A stretch of DNA of 64,000 nucleotides, taken from NCBI RefSeq assembly GCF_009914755.1, contig NC_060937.1. The stretch is one strand, 5' to 3'. This document shows, in pieces, positions 44,571 through 61,095 of this stretch. Source of the stretch: the human T2T-CHM13v2.0 reference genome, Homo sapiens. Every line of letters begins with the position of its first letter. Within the stretch, counting starts at the first letter, position 1. The notes under the pieces were generated by a model. The model did no database searches, was not told the origin of the DNA, and was given only the letters and a program-made list of their open reading frames with translations. Made by a program: the position numbers and the translations under genes.

Positions 44571-47003
44571 TTAGGTATTTTCTAGGTATGAATAAAAAGC
44601 AACATTAGTTATCCTTAACTCAGGACCTCCATGGACAGCTATACATGATTGTGTTGATTTGTGTTATTTTAATCTTCTTCATTAGTTAGTAAAGTCCTTA
44701 GTGATAGAAAGCATGCCTTTTACTGTCTTTTAATATCCTGTCTCTAAACATGACACCTAGAGTGAGATGCTTCAGAAATACTCAATTAAAATTTGCATAA
44801 CTGTCAACTCAGTAATGTCAAACAACTTAGGATCACTGAAACCAGCCTCTCAAAGATATCTGTTTGTGTAGTCACAACTTCAAAATGCCTTTTCGTTCAA
44901 AGGGAAAAGCTAGTTAAGCCAGGCCTTTGCTCTCAGCAGGTTTTGCATTTGAATGCCAAATTTAAAAATGTGATCATCCTATTAAACAGAAAACCTAATC
45001 ATGTTTTTTTTTTTTTTTTTTTTGTCTTTAAGGAGTTTTCAAGCTAATAGGAGAAGAACAGGTTTGCAGAGTTAAAAAGAAAATGGTAGTTCAAGTGGTC
45101 AAATTAAAAAATGGCAAGATACCACAAAAACAAAAAGGGGTTACTTTTTCCTGAAATGCTTACTTACTCTTTAAAGAAAAGTGTTGGAAAGTGCTCCAAA
45201 GAGCAGGTAGGTTTTTGGTACGTAAAACTACTAGTAGCTTAGTTTAGAAATCTCTGTTGGGTTTTTGGTTTTTGGGTTAATGTGGGGTGAATAATGAGAA
45301 TTCTAACTAAAGAAAATAGCTAGAGCTACAGCATGGATTTTTGGTGAAATTTATACTACAAAAGTAATGCAGTCAGATAAATGGCTATTTGACATCATAT
45401 CATTGAAGATTCTATAAATCAGGCTAAGAACGTTGTCCTTTATTAAGGAACAAACATGGAAAATTGCCTAAGGTTTGTAATCAAAGAATGATGTTCATAT
45501 GATTTGATGCATGTTGTAGAAGGTTGCACTATGAAAGAGGTATTATTAGCAATACGGGCACAAGTTCAGAGGTTTTACCAGTCTAAGAGGGTGATGAAAG
45601 TCTAAGCATAGAGCATGGCAGTGGAAAGAGGAAGAGAAATAATTTAATCCCTTTATTTTTTTTCAGTTTTCTAGAACCAATTATAATCTGTAAATTGGAC
45701 AATTTTAGGAATTTTATTAAGAAGCAAGTCATTGATTATATTAAATAGATTCTAGAAGTTTGGAAACATTAAGGAACATGGTAAAAGAATTAGACTCAAA
45801 TTATATTTCCCAAGAAAATTAATATTCCTTGTTTCTTTAAAAGGGATGAATTTCAACATTATTTGTCTTGTTTATGACTACTTGAGCTTGTTGATTTTCA
45901 AACTAGTTGATTTCAAGCCTTCAGATTCACCAATTTAGAATCTGATGTCATTCTCAAATAATAAACAGGATTTTCACAAGAATTCCAAATTGGAATCTAA
46001 TTAATAATTATGTGGCCATGTCCTCACAGCATACAGTGCAGCAGCATCATCATTTATCATTCTTATGGTTAATAATAACATTAATAAACCAGACCATCCT
46101 CTTTTCAATCCTTAAATTTGTTAATACTGGAAGGAGAATACTACATCATATTCAATTTCTTGGAATCACCTATCAAATATTTGAGTATGGCCAATATATC
46201 AACTCTAGTGTTTACAGAATTTTCCAATCATATTAACAAAATGACCCCATTGTGTTTAATACTTTGTGCTTTATAAATGTGATACAATTTATTTAATTAA
46301 ACCCAGTCAACATTTGTCAAGTGCCTACTATTTTAAATGCTGGAAGATATTTTGTTCATATTTTTTTTTCATTTTGTCTTTGAAATAAGCATCCAAACTA
46401 TGCATTATTATCCCACTTCATAGATAAGAATATGAAGGATAAGAAGATGACTTGTCTACAATCTTGCAAGAGTACAGTAGGTCTTGGAAAGGATTCCAAG
46501 TCTTTCCACTGCAAATTCAAGGCTGGCTTGTTTACCATACACTATGATCATCAGAAGTTTCCCTTTGTTATACGGCATGAAGTTACATTTTAAAATGAGG
46601 ACTTCTCTAGATCCTGTTTTTCTTTTACACCTGTCTTCATAACTGCTTCTTTGTCCGTTTTTGGCTACTTTTTTTTTTTTCTGTCTTTATTGTCTGAAAG
46701 AAAAAAAGTCCCAAGCAAAAAATGTTTTGTCTGAGGTGATTAGTTTGTTGCATAAGAATAATAAATCTGAATGATGAAACGACACAATTGGCAAAAATAA
46801 CTTTCCTGTGGCTGTTTCCATAGGTAGTTAAGGGCATCACATCAAGTACCTGCCTTCATAGAGCTCTTTTTTTCCCTGACATGGCAAAGAACAGGCAAAT
46901 ATCACCTATCAAAGAAACCTGGCACCAAAATAAACTTCATCTGGACTATTCCTAAACCACTTCTGATGAATGGATCAACATAAAAGTTAAAAAATGTCTT
47001 GGA

Positions 47004-47338
<335 letters not shown>

Positions 47339-47767
47339 TTACCCTCCCTCTACTATTTGGCCAGAGTTGCTTTATTACTTTACAATCTCAGAAGCGTCAA
47401 CAGTTGTTCTATGTCATTTTGAGAAGTTTGTCAACATCTCAGTCCTACCTTCACCTGTTCTGTTTGCACAGACTGAAAACCATCTTTTCTTCAGGTTCAT
47501 CTGTGCACCAACGGTTTTATATTCTTCTGACTTTTTTCTGTTTATCTTTTCCTTTTTAATTAATTCCACCACCTGCACACAGTTGTCAACTCTCTCTACT
47601 CAGCTGAACACCCTGAGTGTTTAACCCAGCAGGGGATCTGGGAGCTGTTCTGCTAGGACAGAGATGAACAAATGTGGCAGCAAAGTGATAGGTGGCTTCT
47701 GGACTCGAACCCAATGTCATATTCACTCCTGGACCACTCTTCTCTAAAGGTTCTTTCTACTGCTTGA

Positions 47768-48151
<384 letters not shown>

Positions 48152-48230
48152 TAGATTTTTACCAACCTATTACTACAAATTTTAGATCAAAGCATCCATC
48201 ACCCTCTGTCTATGTCTCAACAAAAAAGAT

Positions 48231-48764
48231 TAATTGAAGTTGAGGGAATAACTAGAGATTGCTTGAACATTGTCTGCAGTCTAAAGTTTCTTTCATTACA
48301 GCACTGTGGGCTTGACAGAAAACTGTCCTTCTAAATTTTTGAAGAAGCAGGTAAAAGCAAGGTCGGATTAGGTTTTACTGCTCCATGGTCAGTGTTGAGA
48401 ACATTCCCATAGAACTAAATGCGTCAACTAATCACCAGAGAAGCCGAGATGTCAGACTCAACTCTGTAACGTCAAAAAACCTGACCAGGCGTGACCTTGA
48501 CTTGTTCTGTTCAGTAAAATTAGTCCCTGAAGAGTTATGGAGCATCAACAATGTATGAGGCACTGGGCGGGGTGGGGGGGTGGTAACTGAATTTGATGCA
48601 ATAACTAGAGCCTGCTCAAATAATGTCCCTGGTCTAAAGTTTTATTTCATTGTAGCACTATGGGCTTGAGAGAAGACAGGCCCTCTTCTAAATTTTTGAA
48701 GAAACACGTAAAAGCAAGGCCATGTTAGGATTTACTGCCCAATGGTCAGTATTGAGAACATTCC
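48231..48764. repeat. Diverged direct duplication of about 180 bp (48231-48407 and 48584-48764)
   Basis: Shared colinear blocks aataactagag, gtctaaagttt, tgggcttga, cttctaaatttttgaagaa, gtaaaagcaagg, atggtcagt, ttgagaacattcc. Confidence 0.9.
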
Positions 48765-51723
48765 TTTATGCTTGCAAGAAGTTAAAAATAAAGATCTGAG
48801 ACACATTATGGTTTTCATCCTTCTGTTGGTTGTTAACCTCTTTCTTCAATAAAAGGCTAAGGGAAAGTCCAATATATAAAACCTGTGTAGGCTGAGCTAT
48901 GCTCCCATGGCCCCTGAGGGCACTCGGCAGAAGACAGTTCTGAATTCACTGAAAGTGTGTGTGTGTGTGTGTGTGTGCTTGTGCACGAGTGTGTGCACAT
49001 GCACAGCCATAAGATAAGCAAACATTAGAGGTAACAAAATAGCAGTATAAGTTCTAGCAGCTATGAGAATTCAGAGACTGAAGGAAATCAGTATTGGAAG
49101 TGGCTGTTAAACATCTCAGCTAACAGATTTAGCCTGGAGGAGAGTGTCTTAGTCAGGAGGAATAGATGAAATAATATGGTCTCTATGGACTAATAATCCC
49201 CCATTCTCCAACTTAAATCTGAAATGAAGACTATTTCCAAAATAAAAATTAGACAGAAACTCTTGCTGGGGCTTTTACCAACTGTTAGGTTGTTTTTGGT
49301 TCTTTTATTTGAACAAAGCTGCCACCTGTACTGAGGCCTCTAACTCTTGAATAGTGTGGATGGGCGCATTCCCAGCTGGAGACTGTACGTAGATCTAGCA
49401 AGCCAGAATGAGCTATGATCACTGCAGCCTGAACACTTTCATTTTAGTTGTCTGAAAATTTTAGCAATACACCAAAGTTGTTTTCTAAATGGAACTCAGT
49501 TTTCAGGAATCTCTTTGAACTAGTAGGCAATTTCCTTTAAATCGTTCTACACTGCAATTGGGTTTAGCTTCTAATGTGGCTTCAATGATTCTCACAACCA
49601 GCAGGCCTCCTGCCTTCATGAGTGGGGCAATGATTTGTGGCTTGTGTCAGCCATGGAAAAGCTGGTTTCTTGTGAAAGTACAAAGGGACACAATTTGTGA
49701 TGCAAGGAAACAAGCTCACAAAGACATAAAAATTAGCTTTCCACATGATTTATTCTACTGCTTCATGTCAATAAAATGGGAAAATGGTTTAAAAATATTA
49801 TAAAATGCATAGGTAGGTAGGTGTCAAAGTTATAGATGACAGCATTGGATGTGCGTGACACGCCACCTTCACATGCAAGTCTCCTGAGGGGAAGGGTGAG
49901 ACATGAGTGTCCAATACTGACCAGAAACTATGTGGACAGCTGATTTCAATGGTATTCCCTATGGTAAAATTACTATGGTAACATTTATGTTTCTTAACAG
50001 ATTGATCTGGAATCAAGACCTTTGCTCCAACATAAAAGGGAAGAGACACTTGATGAAGAAAGCAGTTCCATGGATAATCCAAGAGAGCTATTTACCATCC
50101 AAGTTACCTTTTCTTCATTAACCGAATTTTTTAAAAGATAAATCTCAGATGGGTACATAAACCAAAGACAATTGCTGCCTCGTGTTACCTAGACAAAGCA
50201 GAGGGGCAAGAAACAAGTCCCACGTTTTCACTTTCACTTTTCATTTAAGTATTTGGCAAGTTGGTTCACTGGTGAAGACTCAGAGAGAAATATAAGGAAG
50301 AAACAAAGTGGTCTATAAAAATATTGTCACTTCATCATCTCAAAATATTTCCTGCAACCTCTGCAACTCTCTGAGGAAGCAAGTCAATTCTACTAGTTTC
50401 CCAGGCATGAGGCATGCTGCATGAAAAATCTCTACCCAAGTAAAGAAAATGGCCCATTGGTTCACATATTCATGTGATAAATTGCACTGTTAATATGAAT
50501 ATTAAACTTTAGATAGATAGATACAGATACAGATAGACGGATAACATCTCTCTTTACATAAAACACACTTGACATTGCGTATTATCATGTAACTCCTCTC
50601 CAATTTTAGATTACACTATCGTATTATAGTGGTGAATAATTTTTAAGTCAAATAGAAAAATACCTGAATTTGCCCAACATCTATATTAGGAAATGATCAT
50701 TCCATGAGGTGAAATATACAAGGCCTGGAATGTATCGGGAGACTGGTAGTTTATTGCTGGCTTCCTCACTCTCTGGCTAGATTCTCTGGAAAAATTTGTC
50801 TTAGTTCTGAGCCTCGGTTCTCAACAATATACAAACAACAATAACGATGGACCTAAATATCTGCTGGGGTTAATGAGGTAAAAATATAATATCCACAAGC
50901 TATTTAAGTAGTAACATATCATATAGAATAACTTTTATAACTAAGGTTTGATTTGCAAAAGGAGTCACAGTTGGTGGTCTTTAAATGCAAAGCTCCCTAT
51001 CTTCAGATATTATTCACTTTACCAAAAAAAAAAAAAAAGAAAAAGTAAAAGTATTTACTGAAAATCTTCAAGACTATAAAGAAATGTGGCTGAGATGCTC
51101 CCAGGAAAGAAGAAAAAGAGACGTCCTTCCTTTGTTTTTGTTTTTTTCTCTCTCTCTTTCTTATGTATAGATTTCATTATTTCATTTTAGAGGTAGAAAA
51201 TTAAACTCTTACTACCATGACACATTTAATTGAGAGAATAATGAGACCATAGCTAAATATAATCAATATATTCAAGATAATGTATAGAAATTTAATCAAG
51301 AATCTGCTTCATGAATGCAGATGCTTTCCAGGATATAAAGATACTGAACTTCAAGGAGGGCCTATCTTCCCAGTGTTTCACTCCAGCAACTCAAATTTGC
51401 ATTGAGATATGTGAAGTATAATACAAAACAGAATATACAATACAGATATATGAATCAACATCCCTTGAATGCTGCACTTTTCTTGTCTAATTTCCAAACT
51501 TCGGTGTGTTTCTTTCAGTGTAAAGTAAAAAAGTAAGTAAATTTACTAAGGCTTTTCTTTTGGGGCAAGAAAAGCAGGTGAGAGTAGAAGAAAGGAATAA
51601 AGAGACACTATATATGTTAGACAAAGAGGAATAAGACGAAGAAAATACAGAACCTTAGGAGAAACTGAACCAGAGCTCACAGAGTATTGAATAGTCAGCA
51701 AACTAAGTAAATGCAAAGACAAA

Positions 51724-51885
51724 CAGCTTTGCTATTCAAAGTATGGTCCCCAGACCAACAGCATTGCCATTGGTCAGTAACTTGTTAGAAACACAAATTC
51801 TCGATCTTGTTCAACCCACCAAATCAGACTCCCCATTTTAACAAGCTTTCCAAGTGACTCATATGCATATTAGTATTTGAGCAGA
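51724..51885. mobile_element. MER5-type DNA transposon
   Basis: tcaaagtatggtccccagaccaacagcat...cttgttagaaa...caaattctc...ttttaacaag...gtgactcatatgca...tttgag. Confidence 0.75.
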
Positions 51886-52899
51886 TCTAACTCAGAGTCA
51901 TCCATTTTGGCCTATTATGATTAGAGCTCATCTTTTCCATCCACCCTAATTTCTCATAACCAGAAAATCATTTCCCATAGGCAATCTTTATCCATTTACA
52001 CAGGCCTACTATTTGCAAACACATATGAGACTCAACTCTAGAGGATGTGTGGCATGACTTAAGGAAACCATTGTCACTCTCTTAATCCACGTTATATATG
52101 ATCACATGTGTGTTCAAAGGCAGTTACTTCTTATCCATCTGACTATGACAAGAAAAAAAAATTGGTGAAGAACATGGAATGAAAGGGCCAAATGGGTCCA
52201 AAATAATGAACTAAAATAGAGTAAATAAATATAGTAAATAGTATAGGAAAATAACGATTTAAAATATAATAAAATGTACTATAAATTACAGTAAATAAAA
52301 CACATTGTCTATGGCAAACGTGTTAACATCTGTAAACAACTTTCACCTGAATACCTAATTGTTGGAAGTGATGCCTTCCTCCTACTCAGCTTTCAGAGAA
52401 CTTGAGAGCTTTCCTAAACTCAGAGAGCTTCTCTAAAGCATGTTCTGTGTCTGTGAGGTTGGCAATTTATAAAGGAAGGTGTTTCTATTCCTCCAGAAGC
52501 AATGCTCTGAATGACCTTGGACAGAAGTTAACCAAAAGTGACCCATGATTGGCAGCTTCCAGTGTTGGCAGGGAATCTGAAGATGTTAAGCATGTAGGAG
52601 TGCCAGCCCCTGGCAAAATTGTGAACTCATTTCATCACTCCTTTACTTTCCTTTACTTCCTCCTGTCCCACTTATGAGTCCAAAGCCCTTGCACATCCTC
52701 CTGGACCCCAGTGGTCCTGCTCTCCATTCAGTCTGGTTTAGGCCTCCTTGCTTTTCTGAACTGTTGCAATGGCTCTCCTGGCTTGTGTTCTCTCTACACT
52801 CCACTTGCTGCTCTTCAAAGCACAATAAAGTCAGAAGGTATTAATTCTTATCTCACAAGTCTTCGACTCTGACTACATATAGAATACTACTATAAGTCT

Positions 52900-53700
52900 T
52901 GACAGAGAAAAAAAGAGCATCCCTGTCATTTAGAAGCCAGCCTCACACTCAGATATTCTCTTGTGTATAAACAATCTCAGAACATATGCACCTCAGATAA
53001 AAGTCACTCTGAGACCATAACAAAGTGAGACAAAGCAAGGGTATTTTATAACGTTGCCTAAGCAATGACAAAATCAAGGTCACTGCGCCTCCACCAAAAT
53101 ACCAAACATCCCCTCTTGGCATAACATAAGCAATTGCTATGGCTTTATCAATTGCATTTCTATCCTCAATGTAGTCACTCCTCCCTATGGATAAGACTTA
53201 TTGAGATACACAATCAGAGATTTGCCATTACTCTCTGACAGCATTCAGAACACACCTCCCCACCCCTTAGACCACCCTGAAATTACCCAAGCAAACCTTC
53301 AATCTTCTAATGCAGCAGATGACTTCAGGATGACTGTTTCACTGCAGATCATCAGGCATTATCTAGATTCTCATAAGGAGTGCACAACCTAGATCCCTCG
53401 CATGCACAGTTCACAATAGGGTTAGTGTTCTATGAGAATCTTGTGCCACCCTGATCTGACAGGAGGTGGAGCTCCGGCGGTCATGCTCCTCAGCCACCAC
53501 TCACTTCCTGCTGTGCAGCTTGGTTACTAACAGGCCATCAGGGTTGGAACCTCTGCTCTAATAGTTTCCTTCTAGCACCCTCCTACCGAGATACCCCACA
53601 GTTGCCCATGGTGTGTGTTCTCTCTCGCTGCAATGTGTAGTAACAAAATTTGTTTAACTACAGGTATATTACTGGTGGTCTTTGGGTGAAAAGCATTAAC
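52900..53700 (+). mobile_element. ERVL-type LTR (possibly MER54-like) interrupted by MER1
   Basis: LTR-like body ending aaatttgtttaactacaggt...ggtggtctttgggtgaaaagcattaaca. Family tentative. Confidence 0.45.
53310..53560. mobile_element. MER1B DNA transposon
   Basis: cagatcatcaggcattatctagattctcataaggagtgcacaacctagatccctcgcatgcacagttcacaataggg...ctgatctgacaggaggtggagctc. Confidence 0.85.
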
Positions 53701-54464
53701 AATTCAGTGTCATCTTGAATGCCCTCCCTGACTTTGTTTCACAACTTTCAGTCGCATATTTGTTTCATTAAACTACTTGTATTTCCTCAACATGCACTGT
53801 ATTTTCACAATGCTGCACGTGCTGAGCTGTTATTCCAACTTGGAGTTTCTTTCCTCTGACTCCCAGCTACTGAAACCCTGTTCACCTTTCAAAGCTCAGG
53901 TTAAATTCCACAAGCAAATTTCTCTGATTTCTCTGGTCAAAGCCTATTACTTTCTTCTGAGTGTTTTGTTCATACTCTATTTGACATTTACTTTATTTGA
54001 TCTTGCACTATAGTGATTTGTATTCTTCTTTACTTCTTCACTCGCTATAGAAGCTCCATGAGAATTCCAGTCATGCTTCATCCATCCTCTCCTTTCTGTG
54101 GTGATTGCCTGGTCTCTGCTCGGTATATAACACAATTTTAATAAATATTTGCTAAATTGAATCTGGAGATGAAGTCTAAAACTGCTCAGTTAAAGTTGAA
54201 AACTTTGAGAGGTGTCTGTAAATTAATTTAATAATCTCAGCTTAACCATTTAAAGCTTTTCATCTATGTTATAGTAACGAACATATTTATTGAATAAAAT
54301 GTCAAATTATCAAACTGTTTGTTGACTAACACAAATCAGTTTCACTTGCCTCAACCTGAATATTTTTATTATTTTCAATTCAGCAATTACTAAAAGTGGT
54401 ATTAAGCATATAAGCTGGCCTTGAGAATTTTCTTTAAATAAATGTTTACTTTGTCTCCTTTCTT

Positions 54465-56670
54465 AATTAAGTTCTGGGACATATGGGCAGTGTGCGCATG
54501 TTTGTTACATAGGTAAACATGTCCTATGGTGGTTTGCTGCACCTATAATCCATCACCTAGGTATTAAGCCCAGCATGCATTAGCTATTTTTCCTGATGCT
54601 CTCCCTCCCCCAGCATACTCCACCTGACAGGCCCCAATGTGTGATCTGTTCCTCTCCATGTGTCCACATGTTCTCATTGTTCAGCACCCACTTATAAGTG
54701 AAAACATGTGGTGTTTGGTTTTCTGCTGAGGATAATGGCTTCTAGCTCCATCCATGTCCCTGCAAAGGACATGATCCCATTCCTTTTTATGGCTGCAAAG
54801 TTTTCCATAGTGTATATGTACCACATTTTCTTTATCTAGTCCATCACTGATGGGCATTTAGGTTGATTCCATGCCTTTGCTATTGTGAATAGGGCTGCAA
54901 TGAACATACACGTATATATATCTTTACAATAGAATGATTTATAGTCCTTCGGGTGTATATCCAGTAATGGGATTGCCAGGTCAAACGGTATTTCTGGTTC
55001 TAGGTCTTTGGGGAATCACCACACTGTCTTCTACAATGGTTGAACTAATGTACATTCCCACCAACAGGGTAAAAGTATTCCTATTTCTCCTCAGCATTGT
55101 CAGCATCTGCTGTTTCTTGACTTTTTAATAATCGTCATTCTGACTGGAGTGAGATGGTATCTCATTGTGGTTTTGATTTGCATTTCTTTAATGATCGTTG
55201 ATGTTTAGCTTTTTTTCATAGGTTTGTTGGCAGGATAAATGTCTTCTTTTGAGAAGTGTCTGTTCATATCTTTTGCCCATTTTTTAATGGGATTTTTTTG
55301 TAGTAAATTTGTTTAAGTTCCTTGTACATTCTGGATATTAGACTTTTGTCAGGTGGATAAATTGCAAAAGCTCTCTCCCATTCTGTAGGTTGTATATTCA
55401 CTCTGATGACAGTTTCTTTCACTGTGCAGAAGCTCTTAAGTTTAACTAGATCCCATGTGTCAATTTTTTGCTTTTGTTGCCATTGCTTTCAACATTTTCA
55501 TCATGAAATCTTTGTCCATGCATATGTCCTGAATGGTACTGCCTAGATTTTCTTCTAGGGTTTTTATAGTTTTGGGTTTTGCATTTAAGTCTTTAAACCA
55601 TCTTGAGGTAATTTTTGTAATACATGTAAGGAAGAGGTCCAGTTTCAATTTTCTGCAAAAGTCTAGTCAATTTTCCCAGAACCATTTATTAGATAGGGAA
55701 TTCTTTCCCCATTGCTTGTTTTTGTCAGGCTTGTTGAAGATCAGGTGGTTGTAGGTGTCTGGTCTTATTTCTGAGTTCTCTATTCTGTTCCATTGGTCTG
55801 TGATATGCTTTGGCTCTGTCCCCACCCAAATCTCATCTTGTAGTTCTCATAATACCCATATGTTATGGGAGCAACCTGGTGGGAGCTAATTGAATCATGG
55901 GGACGGTTACCTCCATGCTGTTCTCATGATAGTGAATGAGGTGTCAGGAGATCTAATGGTTTTATGAGGGCCTTTTCCCCTTTTGCTCAGCACTTCTCCT
56001 TGCTGCCACCATGTGAAGAAGGATGTGTTTGCTTCCCCTTCTGGAATCATTATAAGTTTCCTGAGGCCTCCCCAGTCCTGTGAAACTGTGAGTCAATTAA
56101 ACCTCTTTCCTTTATAAATTATCCAGTCTCAAGTATTTCTTCATAGCAGTGTGAGAATGGACTAATACAGTCTATGTATCTGGTTTTTGTACCAGTACTA
56201 TGCTGTTTTGGTTACTGTAGCCTCATAGTATGGTTTGAAGTTGGGTAGTGTGATGCCTCCAGCTTTGTTCTATTTGCTTAGGATTGTCTTGTTTATACAG
56301 GCTTTTTTTTGGCTCCATATGAATTTTAAAATAATGGTTTTAATTCTGTGAAGAATGTCAATGGTAGTTTAATGGGTATAGCATTGAATCTATAAATTAC
56401 TTTGGGCATTATGGCCATTTTCAAGATATTGATTCTTACTAACCATGAGCATGAAATGTTTTTACATTTGTGTCCTCTCTGATTTCCTTGAGCAGTGGTT
56501 TGTTGCTCTCCTTGAAGAGGTGCTTCACTTCCCTTGCTAGATGTATTCCTAGGTATTTGATTCTCTTTGTAGCAATTGTGAATGGGAGTTCATTCATGAT
56601 TTGACTCTCTGTTTGTCTGTTGTTGGTGTATAGGAATGCTTATGATTTTTGCACATTGATTTTGTATCCT
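54465..56670 (-). mobile_element. 5'-truncated L1PA (L1PA8-13-like), interrupted by a THE1 LTR
   Basis: Antisense L1 3' UTR and ORF2 remnants (KLDLFLT...[13 protein letters not shown]). Degenerate TSD tgtctc..tttcttaat at both ends. Confidence 0.94.
55801..56169 (+). mobile_element. THE1 solo LTR nested in L1
   Basis: tgatatgctttggctctgtccccacccaaatctcatcttg ... ggactaataca. 5-bp TSD gtct(g/a). Confidence 0.93.
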
Positions 56671-59214
56671 GTCTCTCTTTTCTTAATCAGATTATAATTT
56701 TGATATAATATTAGGAAATGTAAACTGAATTAATAGGTCCTAATAACCCATAGAATGACTAAAGTTGTGATCAAAACCAAAGGCACTCAAGGGAATATCA
56801 GAAAAAAAACACTATTGAAAAATAGACATAAGATAATTTGTCATAAAGCCATTTAGGATAAAATAAAGTTCATTTTCACTGAAATTGTAAAATAAATTAT
56901 ACAGAACTCTACTACACTTTATGAATAGCTTCAGTTAAATTTTTTATATTTTGAATATAAAATTTGTGATAACTTCATGACAGTTGTATGCAACATGTTT
57001 ATTTTTATACATGTATTGTTTGGAGACTAAATAGCACAATAATTTAGAGTACTGCATCCAGCTTGCTGCTCCGTTTCCCTATCTGAAAAGCAGTGGTGAT
57101 AAGAGCCCCTAACTTTGTCCTTTGCCGTGAAGATTAAGTGAATAAATGTAAACTGCTTGCACCTGCACCTTGCACATGGGAAGTGGAATTGAGTGTTAAC
57201 TGTTATTACTATATTTCATCTTCCGTAGAACTGCCATAGCTTCCTTCCTGGCTTTCTTTCTTTGGATATGATCATGCTTCTTCCATTTAAAATCATTGAA
57301 AGTCTCCCGTTACTGGCAGGATCAAGTTCCATGGCATTCTCATGCCATTCAATCCTGTTCACTCTCAACTGCTGACACTCAGCAAATTTTATTTTAATCC
57401 AAATACTTAAGGAGAGAATGAAATGTTGGTTTCTTTTCTAAGGACCATTGCTCCAACCAACCTACATCTGACGATTGCTTCGTGTTTTCACACTTGTGAC
57501 TCTTCTATTCTAGAAATGTTAATTCCCCCATTTTATTTATCTAGGGAGTGCCCCACCCTTTCTTCTTTCTTTGTTCAAATTTCAGTTGTTTTGGCTGTAT
57601 TCTCTGACTCTACTAGATATACTGAGTTGCTCCATTTCCTTGATTCTCCACCTTCTACATGCCTCCAAATGGTCCCTCTAATTCTGACATTTGTGGGGCA
57701 CTCATTCACCCTTTTTTCCCCCTATGTCACAAACTAATGCTCATTCCCATCCTTAACTGTGCCCCACTCTGCCGGAAGTTCCTTGTTTTTCTAAGATACA
57801 GTAGAAATCAAAATATGCAATAGCTCTTCATTTTCTACACATAAATGCATGAGCTCCTGACCATGGCTTTCAAGGATATCCATGATATGAATGCATTTAT
57901 ATTCTGTCACCCTTCTGTATGGATAAACTTGTTAGTAGCCATGTTGGTTTCAGTAGCATCATTGAACTCATTCTGTGTTCACAATGAATTACTTTATTAT
58001 TATCCAACAAAGATTTAATCAACAAATACTACTTTCCATATACTGTGTTAGTCATGGGAGATACAGAGACATTTCCAGTTGTAGAAAATTTGAGATTATG
58101 AGGATTTTTAAGTACTTAGTATAAGGCAGGAATGTCATAAATTCAATTTTATAGGAAAACAGTGTAATGTACTCAGACAAGAGGAGTTGAAACACTTTGT
58201 GTGAGGAAAGACAACATACATGTAATAAAAAGATATAATAATAAATGCTGAAGTGGTTTTCAAACATGATTTATTTTTAAACCACAAAGTCATAAGGGAA
58301 TTTATCATTAAACATGACCATCTTAAAACCACGATTTTCTCAGCAAGATCACTGAAGGTAAAAGTTGGATGTTTGGCTTTTGACATTTATATACAGTATT
58401 GAATAATCAAGAAAGTTCATTTCAGTTCAATGTATTAAATATATTAAATTAAGGGTTTCCCCTCTGTGGATAAATTATTCCTATCCCAATGACTTTTTAG
58501 TTGTAAAGATTTTTTTTTAACCTGGGTATTTAAAAGTTTTCATGTATTGTTTGACAAACATATATTATTTATACTAATAAATGTGTATCCCCACAACTGG
58601 ATACGAAATGCAAACAGGTTCCTAAGGATGATGTTTAATGAAAACTTGCCAAACAGGATTTCTGATCTATGCATTCTGGGAGCTGGGTCTATCCAGCCCA
58701 TGAAGAACAGCCTGCTTTGCAAGGGCTGAGGACTTCAATCCTGTCTTGTGACATTGCCTGACACCCGTTTTTAGAGCCTCATCATTGTGATATCACACAA
58801 CATGAACAAAGAAATATGATGATATAAGCCATCATCCAGAGAGTATCACTGAGCCCAGAGAAAGACTTGAGACTCTTCCATGTGCTGGTGGCCCAAAAAG
58901 TACCATGTTAATAATAAAAATAATTACTCTTTAGATGGCATCTTCTCTGCTATAGTTCTCCTTCTTTTCTAGCAATTAAAGAATAGTATTTCCCTTTCCT
59001 TTTCTACTTTCATTTTTTTTCTTTCTTTTCAATGGCAAGCTTCATAAGCCAATGTCTATCTTTTATTCAGGATACAAATAGTTGTGCACTTTCCCTGATA
59101 GAGAAACTCCCAATAGCTATGGTTAGCTTTCTGTTTTCATATTTAGCACATTCTCATTCTGGTTCTCCTTCTGGCTTTTGTGCATATTATCTCCTTCAAA
59201 ACCTTCTCTTTTAT

Positions 59215-59529
<315 letters not shown>

Positions 59530-60321
59530 TTAACTACAGAGTGAAGTTATTGCAAACGCTACACATGCCTTCACAGGTGGTAAGCTGCACAAAGATCTCC
59601 ATGAGTCAATGCTATGTGAAGAACTGCATGGCAGAATAACTTCACAGTCTGCTCACTTACTATATAAAATGATGAAAAATTTAAATGTTGTCAAATTTGA
59701 CCAAACATCAAATATAAAAAAAATTCTTATCTGACTTGGAGTTTATTTTAAAAATTTTAATAACTAAGGGATTAAGAACAACTGACAGAATCATCAGAGG
59801 CTCTGCCTTTAAGTCTTGACAATTTGGCAAATTTTATTTTAATCCAAATACTTAAGGAGAGAATAAAACGTTGTTTTCCAGGATCTAATGTTAGGATGAA
59901 TGTGAGATCCTAAAAAGGATTTTGTGTTAGTTTTTTTTTTTTTGTAAGTAACATGAAAGAAAAAACCAAAAATCTAAAGAAAAAAAGATGGATAGGAGAA
60001 GTCAATTTACTTTAAGTAGAGAAAAAAGAATACTGAAAATATAAGGCAATCAATTTTAAGGAACTGACTTAACCCCAGGATGAGGTTACAGCAAGTTTCC
60101 TTCATTTAACACAGTCCAGTCCAAACATTTTTCATGGGCACAACTGAAAAGTGTCACTCCATAAAGAAAAAATAATTGGTAATTTTATACTTTTATAAGA
60201 AGTCAGCCAGATGTATCCACACATCACCGTCACCAGAACCACAATCAACTTTTCTATTCCTGTACCTAAATTTTTCTGAGTGCTTAAATATATCCAACAA
60301 CAGAATTAAGGGGAAGGGAAA

Positions 60322-61095
<774 letters not shown>

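Noticed and set aside
52388-52440. Imperfect hairpin gctttcagagaa...ttctctaaagc
   Set aside because: Short, bulged stem within chance expectation.
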